64,000 bases of DNA from an uncultured Chroococcidiopsis sp. (lineage in GTDB: Bacteria > Cyanobacteriota > Cyanobacteriia > Cyanobacteriales > Chroococcidiopsidaceae), in assembly GCA_964248365.1 (NCBI GenBank), contig CAXTYC010000019.1:35037-99036 (forward strand), given 5' to 3'. Of this stretch, positions 28,633-39,168 are shown one piece after another. The position numbers were made by a program, and so were the translations under genes. The notes under the pieces were generated by a model. That model ran no database searches, was not told the origin of the DNA, and saw only the letters and a program-made list of their open reading frames with translations. Each line of letters opens with the position of its first letter. Positions within the stretch are counted from its first letter, which is position 1.

Positions 28633-28892
28633 TAAAAACCCCTGTAGCTCAGTTTTATTGACAATTAATAATTCGGAATTCCAAATTATTATTCATTACT
28701 CTACCCTACCCAGAAGCTGATGTAATTACCTCTTCCGCAGTTGTTATTTCTAATGGCAGAATTCTTGTAAAAGACAATAGGGGCAGGTTATGCGAAATCT
28801 TCAATTTCAACAAATATCCCTGCAAAACCCGCCCCTATTTTAATATTTTCAATTTTGAGCATTTATTTATAAAAGTTTATTTATAAAAAATT

Positions 28893-28922
28893 AAGGCTCA
28901 CTCCAAAAGAAAGTGAGCCTTA
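28893..28922. terminator. Hairpin terminator
   Basis: aaggctcact...agtgagcctt flanked by A/T runs. Confidence 0.55.
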
Positions 28923-28952
28923 TTACCTATGGCTGAATAGCACCATTATTTG

Positions 28953-29282
28953 CTACCACCAAACTCTATTTCCGTTTTCGTCCATTCGTGCTAGACGAAC
29001 CACATCGGAAATTTGTTTAGCATCGCGCACATGATGAAGTGCTTTCCTTTGGCCATTCGGGTAGTCCACAATAAAGTAAGTGGGAACTTTAATCCAGTCA
29101 CCTGTAATATCAGGAGAATCTACAGCAACCTGCTTTGCTTTTTCTTCAACTGATTTTGACTCGTCTTTAACTATGTCGCCTGGATTGACTGTTAAGTTTT
29201 TTTCCTTAGCTGTTGGTTCTTCGCGGGAGTGCCAATCTTGACTTACTGGTTGACGTATTTCCTTCTCTTTTTGCTTAGGCAT
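28953..29282 (-). CDS. Conserved hypothetical protein
   Basis: 109-aa ORF; DITGD..VPTYFIV...KALHHVRDA..ISDVVR. Confidence 0.75.
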   Translation of the reverse strand: MPKQKEKEIRQPVSQDWHSREEPTAKEKNLTVNPGDIVKDESKSVEEKAKQVAVDSPDITGDWIKVPTYFIVDYPNGQRKALHHVRDAKQISDVVRLARMDENGNRVWW

Positions 29283-29511
29283 AAATATTTAGAGGGATTT
29301 ACTAATCTCGCTTCTAAAGATTAATCTAAACAATCAAAAATATAGTTGTTTCTTTCTTCAGAGTGAGTTTATGATGTTCAACAATAGTTCTACCTTGCTA
29401 TGTAAACCTTTGTGTTGATAATGTTTGGACTAAGCTCTATCGAAAGAAGTAGAGGCTGGTTTTTTGAATTATCTGTTTTCCCATAGATACGTTGATTAAA
29501 CCCGCCCCTAC

Positions 29512-31074
29512 TCAAATTACAAACGGTTGCATTTCGTAATTGTGCCAGGATCTATGATATCTTTCGGCAACAATAGGTCGGACAATGAATTTAGGTGGAT
29601 TACCGTCTTTAACATCTATCCGTAGACATGAGTAAGGTCGTCGCTTGTCGGAACCTAGACCGTTGCGACCAACAAATAGGTGCGATCGCGCGACTAACCG
29701 CTTACCATCATCCCCAATTTCCATCAAATCCGATCCCTCTGGGCGCTGGCGACGTAAACTAAATCCGCTGCCACCGCAAACAATCCAATGAATATTAGAA
29801 TCAGCCGATCCCGTATCTAAAGTCTGAAGATGCTCTAGGCAATGAGCATGACCATTTAAGACTAGATCAACCAGGGGACGACCTTGAGGCAAGGATCCCA
29901 CCTCCCTAGCCACCGCATCTAAAACACCACGCAAACGACCACGAATTGCCAAAGTTTGTGCTTGTTGCCACTTTGTCGCCTCGGTTACGTAGGGGGGATG
30001 GTGGAAATAAACCACTCGTCCTCGCACATTTGGATTATGCCAAGATTCAATTAACCGCTGATGAAGCCAGTCCAGTTGTTCGATATCAGTCACCGTTGGT
30101 TTATCAGTAGCTAATTGCTTTTCAATATCGACAATAATTTCCTCAATTTGTGAAACTTTGGCTTGCAGGTCGTCGAGCCGCTCGGTATCATCAGCGTCAT
30201 TAGGATTGAGTTTTTCTGATTCTGCTAAGATTTGTAGCTTTTCCTGCTCCAATTCATCACGCTGCTTTTCCACTATCCTACGACTGGCTTGTCCTTCTTG
30301 GCTTGTTGTCGATAGTGGCAGAGGATCGTTAAATGTATTGGAATCTAATGCAAAGAAGTCGATCCCACCGTAGCGGAAGGTATAGTAACGGTTGGGCAGA
30401 CGGGTAAAGTGTCCTGGTTCGTAGCGCAAGCAGTAACCTGTGTCTGTCTTGGCTGTGTAGTGTTTGTCCAAGTGACTCTTTAGCTCTTGGGGCTGATACG
30501 CCTTGAGATAGTCCAAAAAAGCCTTGGCATAAGCATCGCCCGTTCTTGAGCCGTGCAAGCCAACGTCAATATCTAGCCTTGATTGGAGTAGGCGACGAAT
30601 TGGCAATGTTGTCAACGATACCAAGCTATAAACAAGCGGTAAATTATAGTAATCGTGATTACCAGGTACGGGTAGGATAGGCAGGTTGAAAACCATGCGA
30701 TCGTAAGCAATATCCTGCGGATGCTCCCCGTTTAAAAGAAACTCTCGGTAAGGCTTGATAAAGTTCTGGGAGTAATACTCGCTCGAACCGAGTAAATAAA
30801 TCACGTCGCCCGTATGCAGCATGAAACGGCATTCGTCGTGATGGGGCAGCATGAGTTTAGCAATCTGGCGTTGGGGATTGTGTTGGCGGTGCGATCCAGA
30901 CCCACTGTCTCCAACAACCAAAAACGAGAATTCTGACTCGTCTGCTTTTCCATCATCTAGTTCCAAGCGAGTTTGGTCGATGTCCCGTTCTATAATTACG
31001 GGATCTTGCCACCGCACCCGCTGCTTCATCTTGCGAATTTTGTCGGCGATCGCCGGATCGGACACGAGTTTCAA
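29512..31074 (-). CDS. Metallophosphoesterase with coiled-coil insertion
   Basis: GDSG, TGDVIY, PGNHDY, HHPPY, GHAH. Confidence 0.9.
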   Translation of the reverse strand: MKLVSDPAIADKIRKMKQRVRWQDPVIIERDIDQTRLELDDGKADESEFSFLVVGDSGSGSHRQHNPQRQIAKLMLPHHDECRFMLHTGDVIYLLGSSEYYSQNFIKPYREFLLNGEHPQDIAYDRMVFNLPILPVPGNHDYYNLPLVYSLVSLTTLPIRRLLQSRLDIDVGLHGSRTGDAYAKAFLDYLKAYQPQELKSHLDKHYTAKTDTGYCLRYEPGHFTRLPNRYYTFRYGGIDFFALDSNTFNDPLPLSTTSQEGQASRRIVEKQRDELEQEKLQILAESEKLNPNDADDTERLDDLQAKVSQIEEIIVDIEKQLATDKPTVTDIEQLDWLHQRLIESWHNPNVRGRVVYFHHPPYVTEATKWQQAQTLAIRGRLRGVLDAVAREVGSLPQGRPLVDLVLNGHAHCLEHLQTLDTGSADSNIHWIVCGGSGFSLRRQRPEGSDLMEIGDDGKRLVARSHLFVGRNGLGSDKRRPYSCLRIDVKDGNPPKFIVRPIVAERYHRSWHNYEMQPFVI

Positions 31075-31634
31075 AGCTACTCACTCCAAGAAAGATTGCA
31101 ACTACTACCCATCGCTGCTTTTTGATTTTACTTAATAGAGCTATAGCTCAAACATCTATCGTTATGGCAATTTTTTTGAGGCGAGCTAACGTGTGTCTCT
31201 ACAAACACATTCACGACAAAGTAAAAAACGCATGCTTGGGTTTAACCCCAGCCCCGCGTTCTCTAATGAATCATATATTTATATATTCAGGGTCTTTATA
31301 TGAGCTGACCCCGATTTATCACATATATTATTAATATAAATAAATTACCCAGCAGCTACCTCTATCTCAATACTTATATGTTTGCTGATTTTTTAATAAT
31401 TTTTTTATTTCTTTAGTTGTAGGCAATTGCTTCCTTGATAGAAGAGAAGATAAATTTTGTCATCCTCTTGACTTTCCAGTGTTCAGCATTGGGAAAGACG
31501 AATTTACTGCTGTAATCAGTAATCCTAAAGATATTGAAAGAATGAATTGTCTGTGCGGGTTTTTTAGAATTATCTGTCTTGCATAGATATGTTGATTAAA
31601 CCCACCCTCCTACAGAAACATAGAGAATGCTGGT

Positions 31635-33188
31635 ATGGAAAGTATAATAAATATCTTTCTGGACAGCATCACTGATGGTGTTGTTATTAGTGACAGTGAG
31701 TTACGCTTGATCTTTATAAACCAAAGGGGGGCAGTAATTCTTGGTCAAACGCGAACAGCTTTGATGGGCAAAAATTTGCCCACGCTGTGTACAGACACAT
31801 TTAGCATCAATTTTTACCAAGAGTGCTGTCGGGCTATTGCCCATAAAGTCCCTGTCAAGTGGGAAGGGTTTTGCGATCGCCTTGATATTTGGCTAAAAAT
31901 TCATGCTTATCCTTCAAGCGCGGGGTTAATTGTACTATTTCAAGACATCTCCCAATACAAGCAAAACGAAGTCCTTTTGCAACAAGCTTGCGATGAATTG
32001 GAACATCAGCTGCTACGCCAAACAGTTAAATTGAAGCAAACCAATGTCTCGATCATGAATCACATGATCGAGCGCCTCCAAACAGAAGCAGCCCTACGCA
32101 ACACCAATGCCCACCTAGCTCAGATTTTGGAAAGCATAACCGATGGCTTTATTGCCCTAGATGGCGAGTGGCGCTACAGTTACATAAATCAAAAAGCTGA
32201 ACAAATTTTGTACAAGGCTCAGGGAGAGCTACTAGGCAAAAACATTTGGGAGGTTTACCCACAACTAGTTAATACCTTGTTTTACTGTCAGTGTCTTGCA
32301 GCAGCCAAAACTGAAACACCCATTGAATTTGAATATTTTTATACGGGGCTAAACCGCTGGCTGGAACACAAAGTTTATTCTTCTAAGAGCGGAATTTCTA
32401 TCTACTTTCAAGACATTACAAAGCGTAAGCAGATAGAAGTGGAGTATCAAGAGCTAATCAAGCAGGAGCAAACAGCCCGTATTCAAGCCCAAAAAGCACA
32501 AGCTAGCTGTGCCTTTTTGTCAGAAGCAAGTCGAGTGCTGGCTATGTCGCTCGATTATGAAACTACGCTGTCTACCCTAGTGCGATCGCTTGTGCCATTT
32601 TTAGCGGATTATTGCCTAATTCATAAATTAGACGCTAATGGACGGTTTCAAGCTGTAGCAGCAATGCATTGTGTCCAAGAAAAACAACAACTCGTTGAAG
32701 AATTGTCTAGTCGCTATGAAAACAGGATTGAAAATCCTAATAGCTTCATAGCGCAAGTGTTGCGAACTCAAAAACCTATTTTAATTCCAAACTCTACTTA
32801 CGAGCTTGCCACCTCAATTACACAGGACACTCGCCTAGTGGAAATTTATCAAGAACTTGCACCAAAGTCATGTCTGATTGTGCCATTGATTGCCAAGGGG
32901 CAAATATTTGGTACGCTGTTTTTAGCAACCGCACAGTCAGGGCGTTGTTATACAGAATCGGATTTGACGCTAACAATTGACTTAGCTTCTCGTGGGGCGA
33001 TCGCTATTCATAATGCCCTACTTTACCAGCAGGCGATCGCATCCAACCGCCGCCAAAACGCTCTTGCTATCCTATCCCAGAAATTACACAACCCTTTGCA
33101 TACAATTTGGGGTTGGGCGCAGATGCTTTTGAAAAACTCATATGAAGAACTCAGACAAAAAGCGCGCTCTTCCAAGGCATTCAAGTAA
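31635..33188 (+). CDS. PAS-PAS-GAF sensor with degenerate, truncated HisKA domain
   Basis: Two ITDG...LxGKN PAS domains, a GAF (IVPLIAKGQIFGTL), C-terminal LSQKLHNPL; no HATPase. Confidence 0.8.
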   Translation: MESIINIFLDSITDGVVISDSELRLIFINQRGAVILGQTRTALMGKNLPTLCTDTFSINFYQECCRAIAHKVPVKWEGFCDRLDIWLKIHAYPSSAGLIVLFQDISQYKQNEVLLQQACDELEHQLLRQTVKLKQTNVSIMNHMIERLQTEAALRNTNAHLAQILESITDGFIALDGEWRYSYINQKAEQILYKAQGELLGKNIWEVYPQLVNTLFYCQCLAAAKTETPIEFEYFYTGLNRWLEHKVYSSKSGISIYFQDITKRKQIEVEYQELIKQEQTARIQAQKAQASCAFLSEASRVLAMSLDYETTLSTLVRSLVPFLADYCLIHKLDANGRFQAVAAMHCVQEKQQLVEELSSRYENRIENPNSFIAQVLRTQKPILIPNSTYELATSITQDTRLVEIYQELAPKSCLIVPLIAKGQIFGTLFLATAQSGRCYTESDLTLTIDLASRGAIAIHNALLYQQAIASNRRQNALAILSQKLHNPLHTIWGWAQMLLKNSYEELRQKARSSKAFK

Positions 33189-33298
33189 TTGAGAACAAAA
33201 CCAATTATCAATTATCAGTTATCAGTTATCAGTTACCTACTACCAATTACCTACTACCAATTACCACTAGGAGTATTATATCTAAATATTAAAAAGCA

Positions 33299-34684
33299 AT
33301 GAAACAGATAAAAGAAGCGTTACGCAAAAAACTTTGGTTTCTCTATCAAATAGCAGTAGAAAGAATAGCTACAGCCCGTAAAAATAACCAACAAGAGAAT
33401 CGGCAGCGGGGGGCAAAAACCCAATCCTTCAAAAAAGCCTCTTTGTTTATTGACGGCAAGACTAATATTGCTGCATTGTCGCAAGTTCTGCGTGGCGTTG
33501 CTGAAGTTTTATCTCAAAAAATGGACTTACCTTGGAAAACTGAAGAAAGCGGTACTCTGAGTTACGAAAAAAAAGTATCAGGTGGTAAAGGAAAAATCTG
33601 TTACTACGTGACAGACAAGCCAGAAAAACAGCATCCAGAAATACTAGCTGAAGAAGCAGCTTGGGCTGCGATCGAACAATTTGATCCAAGAGCGTGTGCT
33701 ATTCACTTAATATACTGCGCTTTGGTAGCAAACCTTGAACAGCCTTGGAAAGATAATTTTATCATTGATGAAAAGCAACTAATTGAATACACAGGTTTGA
33801 ATAAACGTAGAGATTTATCCAGGCATGATCAGCTATTAATTTTGTATAATCTTACCCGACAACCTGCTCAAATACTAGCTTCTATTGCTCAGTCTAAACG
33901 AGGAAAAATAGGAGCTTTTACTGTTGCAGATATTCAAATTTGGGATATTGCTATTGTGCGAGAAATTGATACTGATGAGAACGGTAATAGCAAGCTGATA
34001 GGATTAAAAGTAATCGGCAAGCCAGGAGCTTGGACAAAATACTTTCTTAACAAATCAGAATACTACCGTCATACAGGAATTATTACTAAAAAAACTGTAC
34101 AAAAACTCTTTAGTATTGGTAAACAAAATGCTGGTGCAGCAAGGTTGTTGATTTGGCTTACTTTTCAGATCCAACCTGGATATCAGGATCGTGTGAGTGG
34201 AAAAACACTAATGGAAATTGCCTACGGTGAGGACAGAGTAGCACTAGCTCAAAAAGACAGGCAACTAAGGCGACAACTTGCTGATGACTTTGAAACTGAC
34301 TTGAAAGTAGTTAAAGAAGCCGAATGGCAGGTAGAGCTTGAAAATGAACCTGCTTGGTTAAAAGTTAATCATACTAAAAGACCGATAGGCTTTTGGGATG
34401 AGTTGCTAAATACTAGATGGCATTTTGATCTACCAACAGATATACAACAGTCTTTAATGCAACAAAGCCAGCCAAGAGTAAGCAATATCCAGAAGAAAAG
34501 TTATATCCAGCCCCCATCAGGTAATGTAATCAGAGAAGCTAGAAAAGCAAAAGGCTGGTCTAGGACAGATTTTGCCACATTGATGGGTAAAAGTGTATCC
34601 TGGGTTGATGCGATCGAGACTGGTCATCGGATGGTTTCTCAGAAAGACTTACCTAAACTGCTCAATACGCTGGAACTCAACTAG
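33299..34684 (+). CDS. Large cyanobacterial regulator with C-terminal XRE-type HTH
   Basis: IREARKAKGWSRTDFATLMGKSVSWVDAIETG. Confidence 0.8.
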   Translation: MKQIKEALRKKLWFLYQIAVERIATARKNNQQENRQRGAKTQSFKKASLFIDGKTNIAALSQVLRGVAEVLSQKMDLPWKTEESGTLSYEKKVSGGKGKICYYVTDKPEKQHPEILAEEAAWAAIEQFDPRACAIHLIYCALVANLEQPWKDNFIIDEKQLIEYTGLNKRRDLSRHDQLLILYNLTRQPAQILASIAQSKRGKIGAFTVADIQIWDIAIVREIDTDENGNSKLIGLKVIGKPGAWTKYFLNKSEYYRHTGIITKKTVQKLFSIGKQNAGAARLLIWLTFQIQPGYQDRVSGKTLMEIAYGEDRVALAQKDRQLRRQLADDFETDLKVVKEAEWQVELENEPAWLKVNHTKRPIGFWDELLNTRWHFDLPTDIQQSLMQQSQPRVSNIQKKSYIQPPSGNVIREARKAKGWSRTDFATLMGKSVSWVDAIETGHRMVSQKDLPKLLNTLELN

Positions 34685-34866
34685 GGGCTTGGTAATTGGT
34701 AGTTGATAACTGATAACTGGTACACACGTAGCAGTGCTACGTCTCTAGTGATAACTGATAACTGGTAATTGGTAATTGGTAACAAGTTTATTCCCAGAGT
34801 TGGATTAGCCAGACTCTGGGAACATGAACAGCTAATGTATTAGCGCAAAAGCAAGATTAACTCAAT

Positions 34867-35403
34867 TTAAGCAGGTTGATTCTCAGGCTGATTTTGGCTT
34901 ACTTGTTGCCTATTGCTTTGATCCCCTGACTGAATTTGCCCTTGCTGGCTTTGTCCCAGGTTAATCGTAACAACTTTATTCTTTTCTTGTTCTGCCTTGG
35001 GCAAAGTTAGGCACAACACGCCGTTTTTGAATTCGGCTTGTACCTTGTCGTTTTGAATTCGAGCTGGTAGAGGAATGATTCTTTCGAATCTACCATAACG
35101 GAATTCTGAACGACGCATACCTTTTTCATCGCTCTTAGTTTCTAGTTTGCGTTCGCCAGCGATCGCAACTGCTTCCCCTGTCACTTTAATATCAAGATCC
35201 TTGGCTTCTATGCCAGGAACTTCCATTTTGAGTGTGATTTGATCGGCAGTTTCGTGCATTTCTGCTGCGGGGATAAAAGAAGAGCCACTGATGATCTCAG
35301 CGCGATCGCCCTCATTAGGAATCATCATTTGCTCAAACAAACGATTCATTTCCCGTTGCAGGCTTTCAATTTCCCGGAACGGTTGCCAACGAACTAGTGC
35401 CAT
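34867..35403 (-). CDS. hspA: Small heat-shock protein Hsp20
   Basis: MALVRWQPFREIESLQREMNRLF, SEFRYGRFERIIPLP, FKNGVL. Confidence 0.92.
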   Translation of the reverse strand: MALVRWQPFREIESLQREMNRLFEQMMIPNEGDRAEIISGSSFIPAAEMHETADQITLKMEVPGIEAKDLDIKVTGEAVAIAGERKLETKSDEKGMRRSEFRYGRFERIIPLPARIQNDKVQAEFKNGVLCLTLPKAEQEKNKVVTINLGQSQQGQIQSGDQSNRQQVSQNQPENQPA

Positions 35404-35891
35404 GTTTTCACCTTCCGAAAGACTTGGTGTTCCTAAATATGATTAAGCAAAAGCTTTCTGCGCTCTTGCTATTATTTAATTACTAGTTTTAAAATTCAGT
35501 TAGAATTTCCTCCTCTACCTATAGGTAGGAACAATTAGATTTTTTTCCTCTATCTACTGGAGCGTGAATGTATAGCTGAAAACAAGCTTTTTTACAATCG
35601 GCAGTATATAGGATTACAAAGATTGTTTTGCACTATGCAAACTGTATTTACTATTAATAACTAATTACACTACATTAAGTTACTAGTGTGTACATTTACT
35701 TATCTAGGAGTCTACAAGGAGTGATACCCGAAAGCGCTAATTGCCTGCAACAGATGATCCCCCCAACAGAGTTAATAAGGGGGCGGGGGGATCGGATATG
35801 TAGCAGTGTTAAAGCAAATTGGTATGAATAGGGGAATGGCAGTGCAATGCCCGTACCATGTGAGTAGTGAGTTAAGCAAGGAGGAATTTCT

Positions 35892-36383
35892 ATGCGTGGG
35901 GGTGCAGAGAATCAGCCGTCGCAATGGTGGGAGTGGTTTGATCAAGAGCGAATTATTGATAACTTAGAAAAAATTCAGAACCTGATTGTGATTGCTTTGT
36001 CCATTGGTCTATTTTTTATCATGGTTCTGCGGCTAGGTGACTTGTTTCTGTCTCTATTTGTACCGCTGAGGTTCCAGAATGTCACCTGAGATATTTTATT
36101 TATTCTGATTTTGATAGAACTGTTTAGATTACTAATTATTTATCTGAAAGAGCAACGCATTTCTATAGGTGTATCAGTAGAAGTTTCAATTGTATCTGTA
36201 CTACGAGAAGTTATTATTCGAGGAGCATTGGAAATCTCCCCGCAACAAATTTTGGCTGTCTGTGCTTTTTTATTAGTTCTAGGAGGATTGCTGTTAATTC
36301 GGGCTTGGATGGCACAAATATTTAGCACAATTGAAGTTGATAAAAAACAAGATTTGCTAGATGAGGAAGTAATACCATTTTAG
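35892..36383 (+). pseudogene. PsiE-family membrane protein interrupted by one in-frame TGA
   Basis: ORFs 35892-36089 and 36111-36383 are in frame: NVT*DILFILILIELFRLL; EVSIVSVLREVI motif. Confidence 0.8.
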
Positions 36384-36495
36384 ATTTTAAATTTTAGATT
36401 TAAAGATTGGGAAATGCTCATCATGATTACCAGTATGCCACCCATGCCCACCAATTATATAAAACGGTGGGCATGGGTGGCATACGCTTGGGTTT

Positions 36496-38718
36496 TTAAA
36501 CAATTACTCTGGCTAGGCTCGGTGTTGCGATCGCCTCACACCCAGGCGCGTATACTTGAGTGACATAATCAGCAATCATCCGATCTGTATTGAACAGCGG
36601 TGCATTCGTCTTAATCGATGCCTTCATCATTTGAATCCAGCGGTGGGGAATGCCGTTAGCATCCCAGTCGTAATATAGAGGAATAATTTCTTCCTCCAAC
36701 AACTGATATAGGGATTGAGAATCAATTCGATCTTGCAATTCTTGATCGCTTGTATGGGCATCTTCACCTATAGCCCAGCCATTCATGGGCTTACCATCTG
36801 CTCCAACTTTATAGCCTTCGCACCACCATCCGTCTAAAACACTGCAATTGATCCCGCCGTTGAAGCAGACTTTCTGCCCACTCGTACCAGAAGCTTCTAA
36901 GGGGCGACGGGGATTATTTAGCCACACATCCACACCTTGGACGAGTTTTTGACCTGTGTAGATGTCGTAGTCTTCAATCAAGGCAACTCGGTGCTGGATT
37001 GCTGAATTTCGACACCACTCCATCAAGCGTTGGATAATTCGCTTACCTTCTTCATCAGCTGGGTGAGCTTTGCCAGCGAAGATGATTTGTACTGGACGAT
37101 CTAGACTACCAAAAATCTTCAATGCCCGCTGTGCATCGCGCAAAATTAGATCGCCTCGCTTGTAAGGCGAAAAACGACGGGCAAAACCAATGGTCAAGGC
37201 TTTGGGATCTAATAGCTTTTCAGTTGAGGCAATGCGATCGCTCGGTTCACCTCGTTCTGTTCTAGCTTTTTTCAGTTTATAGCGAGTATGGGCAATTAGC
37301 CGCTCTTTCAGCACTTGATGCCGCCACCAAATTTCCTCATCTGGAATCGAGTCAACTTCCGCCCACATCTGGGGATCAACTGCCCTCGTTTTCCAGTCTG
37401 CACCCAAAAACTGCGTATACATATCAGCCATTAGAGGAGCAGTCCAAGTAGGTGCGTGTACACCATTGGTAATGTAACCAATTGGCACAGTGTCTTCTGA
37501 ACGATTGGGATATAGAACTGTCCACATCTGGCGGGAAACTTTACCGTGTAACTCACTCACGCCATTGGCTGTTCTACACATCCGTAATGCCAGGACAGTC
37601 ATACCAAAAGGTTCCCAAGGATCGCCCAGCCTTCTAGCACCCAAAGCTAGGAATTGCTGACGCGACAGCTTCATTTGCGTCCAGTAGTGAGCAAAGTAGG
37701 AATCCATCAAATCGGGTGAGAAGACATCATGACCTGCTGGTACTGGCGTATGTGTGGTGAAAACACAACGCTTTCGTACTTCTGCTTCAACGTCGTAGAA
37801 AGATTTGCCAGTTTGCTCAATTTCTCGCCGCGCAATTTCCAAGGTACAAAACGCCGCATGACCTTCGTTGAGGTGGTAAATCGAAGGGTTAATGCCCAAA
37901 GCGTGTAGCGCCCGTACTCCACCGATCCCCAGTAAAACTTCTTGAGCTATCCGAGTATCCTGATTACCGCCGTAGAGGTGTCCCGTCAGCCAGCGGTCAA
38001 TCGGATCGTTGTCCTCGCGGTCTGTATCTAGCAAATAGAGACTCACGCGCCCAACTTGTACGCGCCAGATTTGGACTTTGACTATGCGCTGACGAGTTGC
38101 AAGTTCAAATGTCAGTGGTTCCCCTCGATCATTTTTGATCAGTTCTTGGGGCATCTGGTGAAAAAGATTGTCAACGTAGTAATCTTCTTGCCAACCATTT
38201 CGGCTTAATCGCTGACGGAAGTAGCCTTGACGATATAGCAACCCGATCCCAACTAGTGGCACACCTAGATCGGATGCAGACTTGAGGTGATCCCCAGCCA
38301 GAATGCCTAAGCCACCTGAGTAGATGGGTAGGGATTCATGGATGCCGAATTCTGCACAGAAATAAGCTATTGGGCGATCGCGTGATATTTGAGGCGCTAC
38401 CTGACTCACCCAAGTATCTTGCTGCGTCATGTAAGAGTCTAGCTGTGCTGCCAAATCTGCAACTTGCTGGATGTAAAAGGGATCTTCGGCTATTTGGGTC
38501 AGACGTTCGTAAGATACAGATTCTAGAACGGCTACAGGGTTATGTCCGTAGCGTTCCCATGCCTGGGGATCAATGTTTTGGAATAAGGAAATCCGTTCTG
38601 TTGTCCAACTCCACCAGTAGTTATATGCTAGATCAGCTAAACGCTTTAGCGGCAAAGGCAACTTCTGACTCAGATGAAGCGCTTGTGCGATCGAACCATT
38701 ATTTGTCATAAATTTCAA
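36496..38718 (-). CDS. glgP: Alpha-glucan (glycogen) phosphorylase
   Basis: AEFGIHESLPIYSGGLGILAGDHLKSASD, EASGTSGQK. Confidence 0.95.
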   Translation of the reverse strand: MKFMTNNGSIAQALHLSQKLPLPLKRLADLAYNYWWSWTTERISLFQNIDPQAWERYGHNPVAVLESVSYERLTQIAEDPFYIQQVADLAAQLDSYMTQQDTWVSQVAPQISRDRPIAYFCAEFGIHESLPIYSGGLGILAGDHLKSASDLGVPLVGIGLLYRQGYFRQRLSRNGWQEDYYVDNLFHQMPQELIKNDRGEPLTFELATRQRIVKVQIWRVQVGRVSLYLLDTDREDNDPIDRWLTGHLYGGNQDTRIAQEVLLGIGGVRALHALGINPSIYHLNEGHAAFCTLEIARREIEQTGKSFYDVEAEVRKRCVFTTHTPVPAGHDVFSPDLMDSYFAHYWTQMKLSRQQFLALGARRLGDPWEPFGMTVLALRMCRTANGVSELHGKVSRQMWTVLYPNRSEDTVPIGYITNGVHAPTWTAPLMADMYTQFLGADWKTRAVDPQMWAEVDSIPDEEIWWRHQVLKERLIAHTRYKLKKARTERGEPSDRIASTEKLLDPKALTIGFARRFSPYKRGDLILRDAQRALKIFGSLDRPVQIIFAGKAHPADEEGKRIIQRLMEWCRNSAIQHRVALIEDYDIYTGQKLVQGVDVWLNNPRRPLEASGTSGQKVCFNGGINCSVLDGWWCEGYKVGADGKPMNGWAIGEDAHTSDQELQDRIDSQSLYQLLEEEIIPLYYDWDANGIPHRWIQMMKASIKTNAPLFNTDRMIADYVTQVYAPGCEAIATPSLARVIV

Positions 38719-39168
38719 CGCTCGTGTGCTTTTTACTCTCTCTCGAATCGACTGCGATATTGATTACGCTGCAATTACCACAGACCTTGGCAGTTTTTGT
38801 CAGTTCTTACAGTCAAAGGTGGGTTATAACTTTTGTCCCTGGAGGAACCTGTTTATAGCTTTTACAGCATATTTCAAATTATTGGTCTTTTTTTACACTC
38901 TTTACAGATTTTTTAATCAAGTTAGTTGAAGCTATATTTAACAAAGTTTTGCTCTTTGTAAACTTTAGTGTACAGATAAAATTTTAGTAAAAAACAATAC
39001 AACATTAGAAAAGGGTTTAATAGGAATACTTATAGGAGAACAGGAAATTTTGCATCCTGCGCCCCTAGCTCGAAAACTTTGCCTTATGCGGTTAAATTGG
39101 TAAAAAGAACTGGTAATTCCCCTTACTAGTCTTGACTTATCATGTAATTAAAAAGTGTTGTTGAGCTT

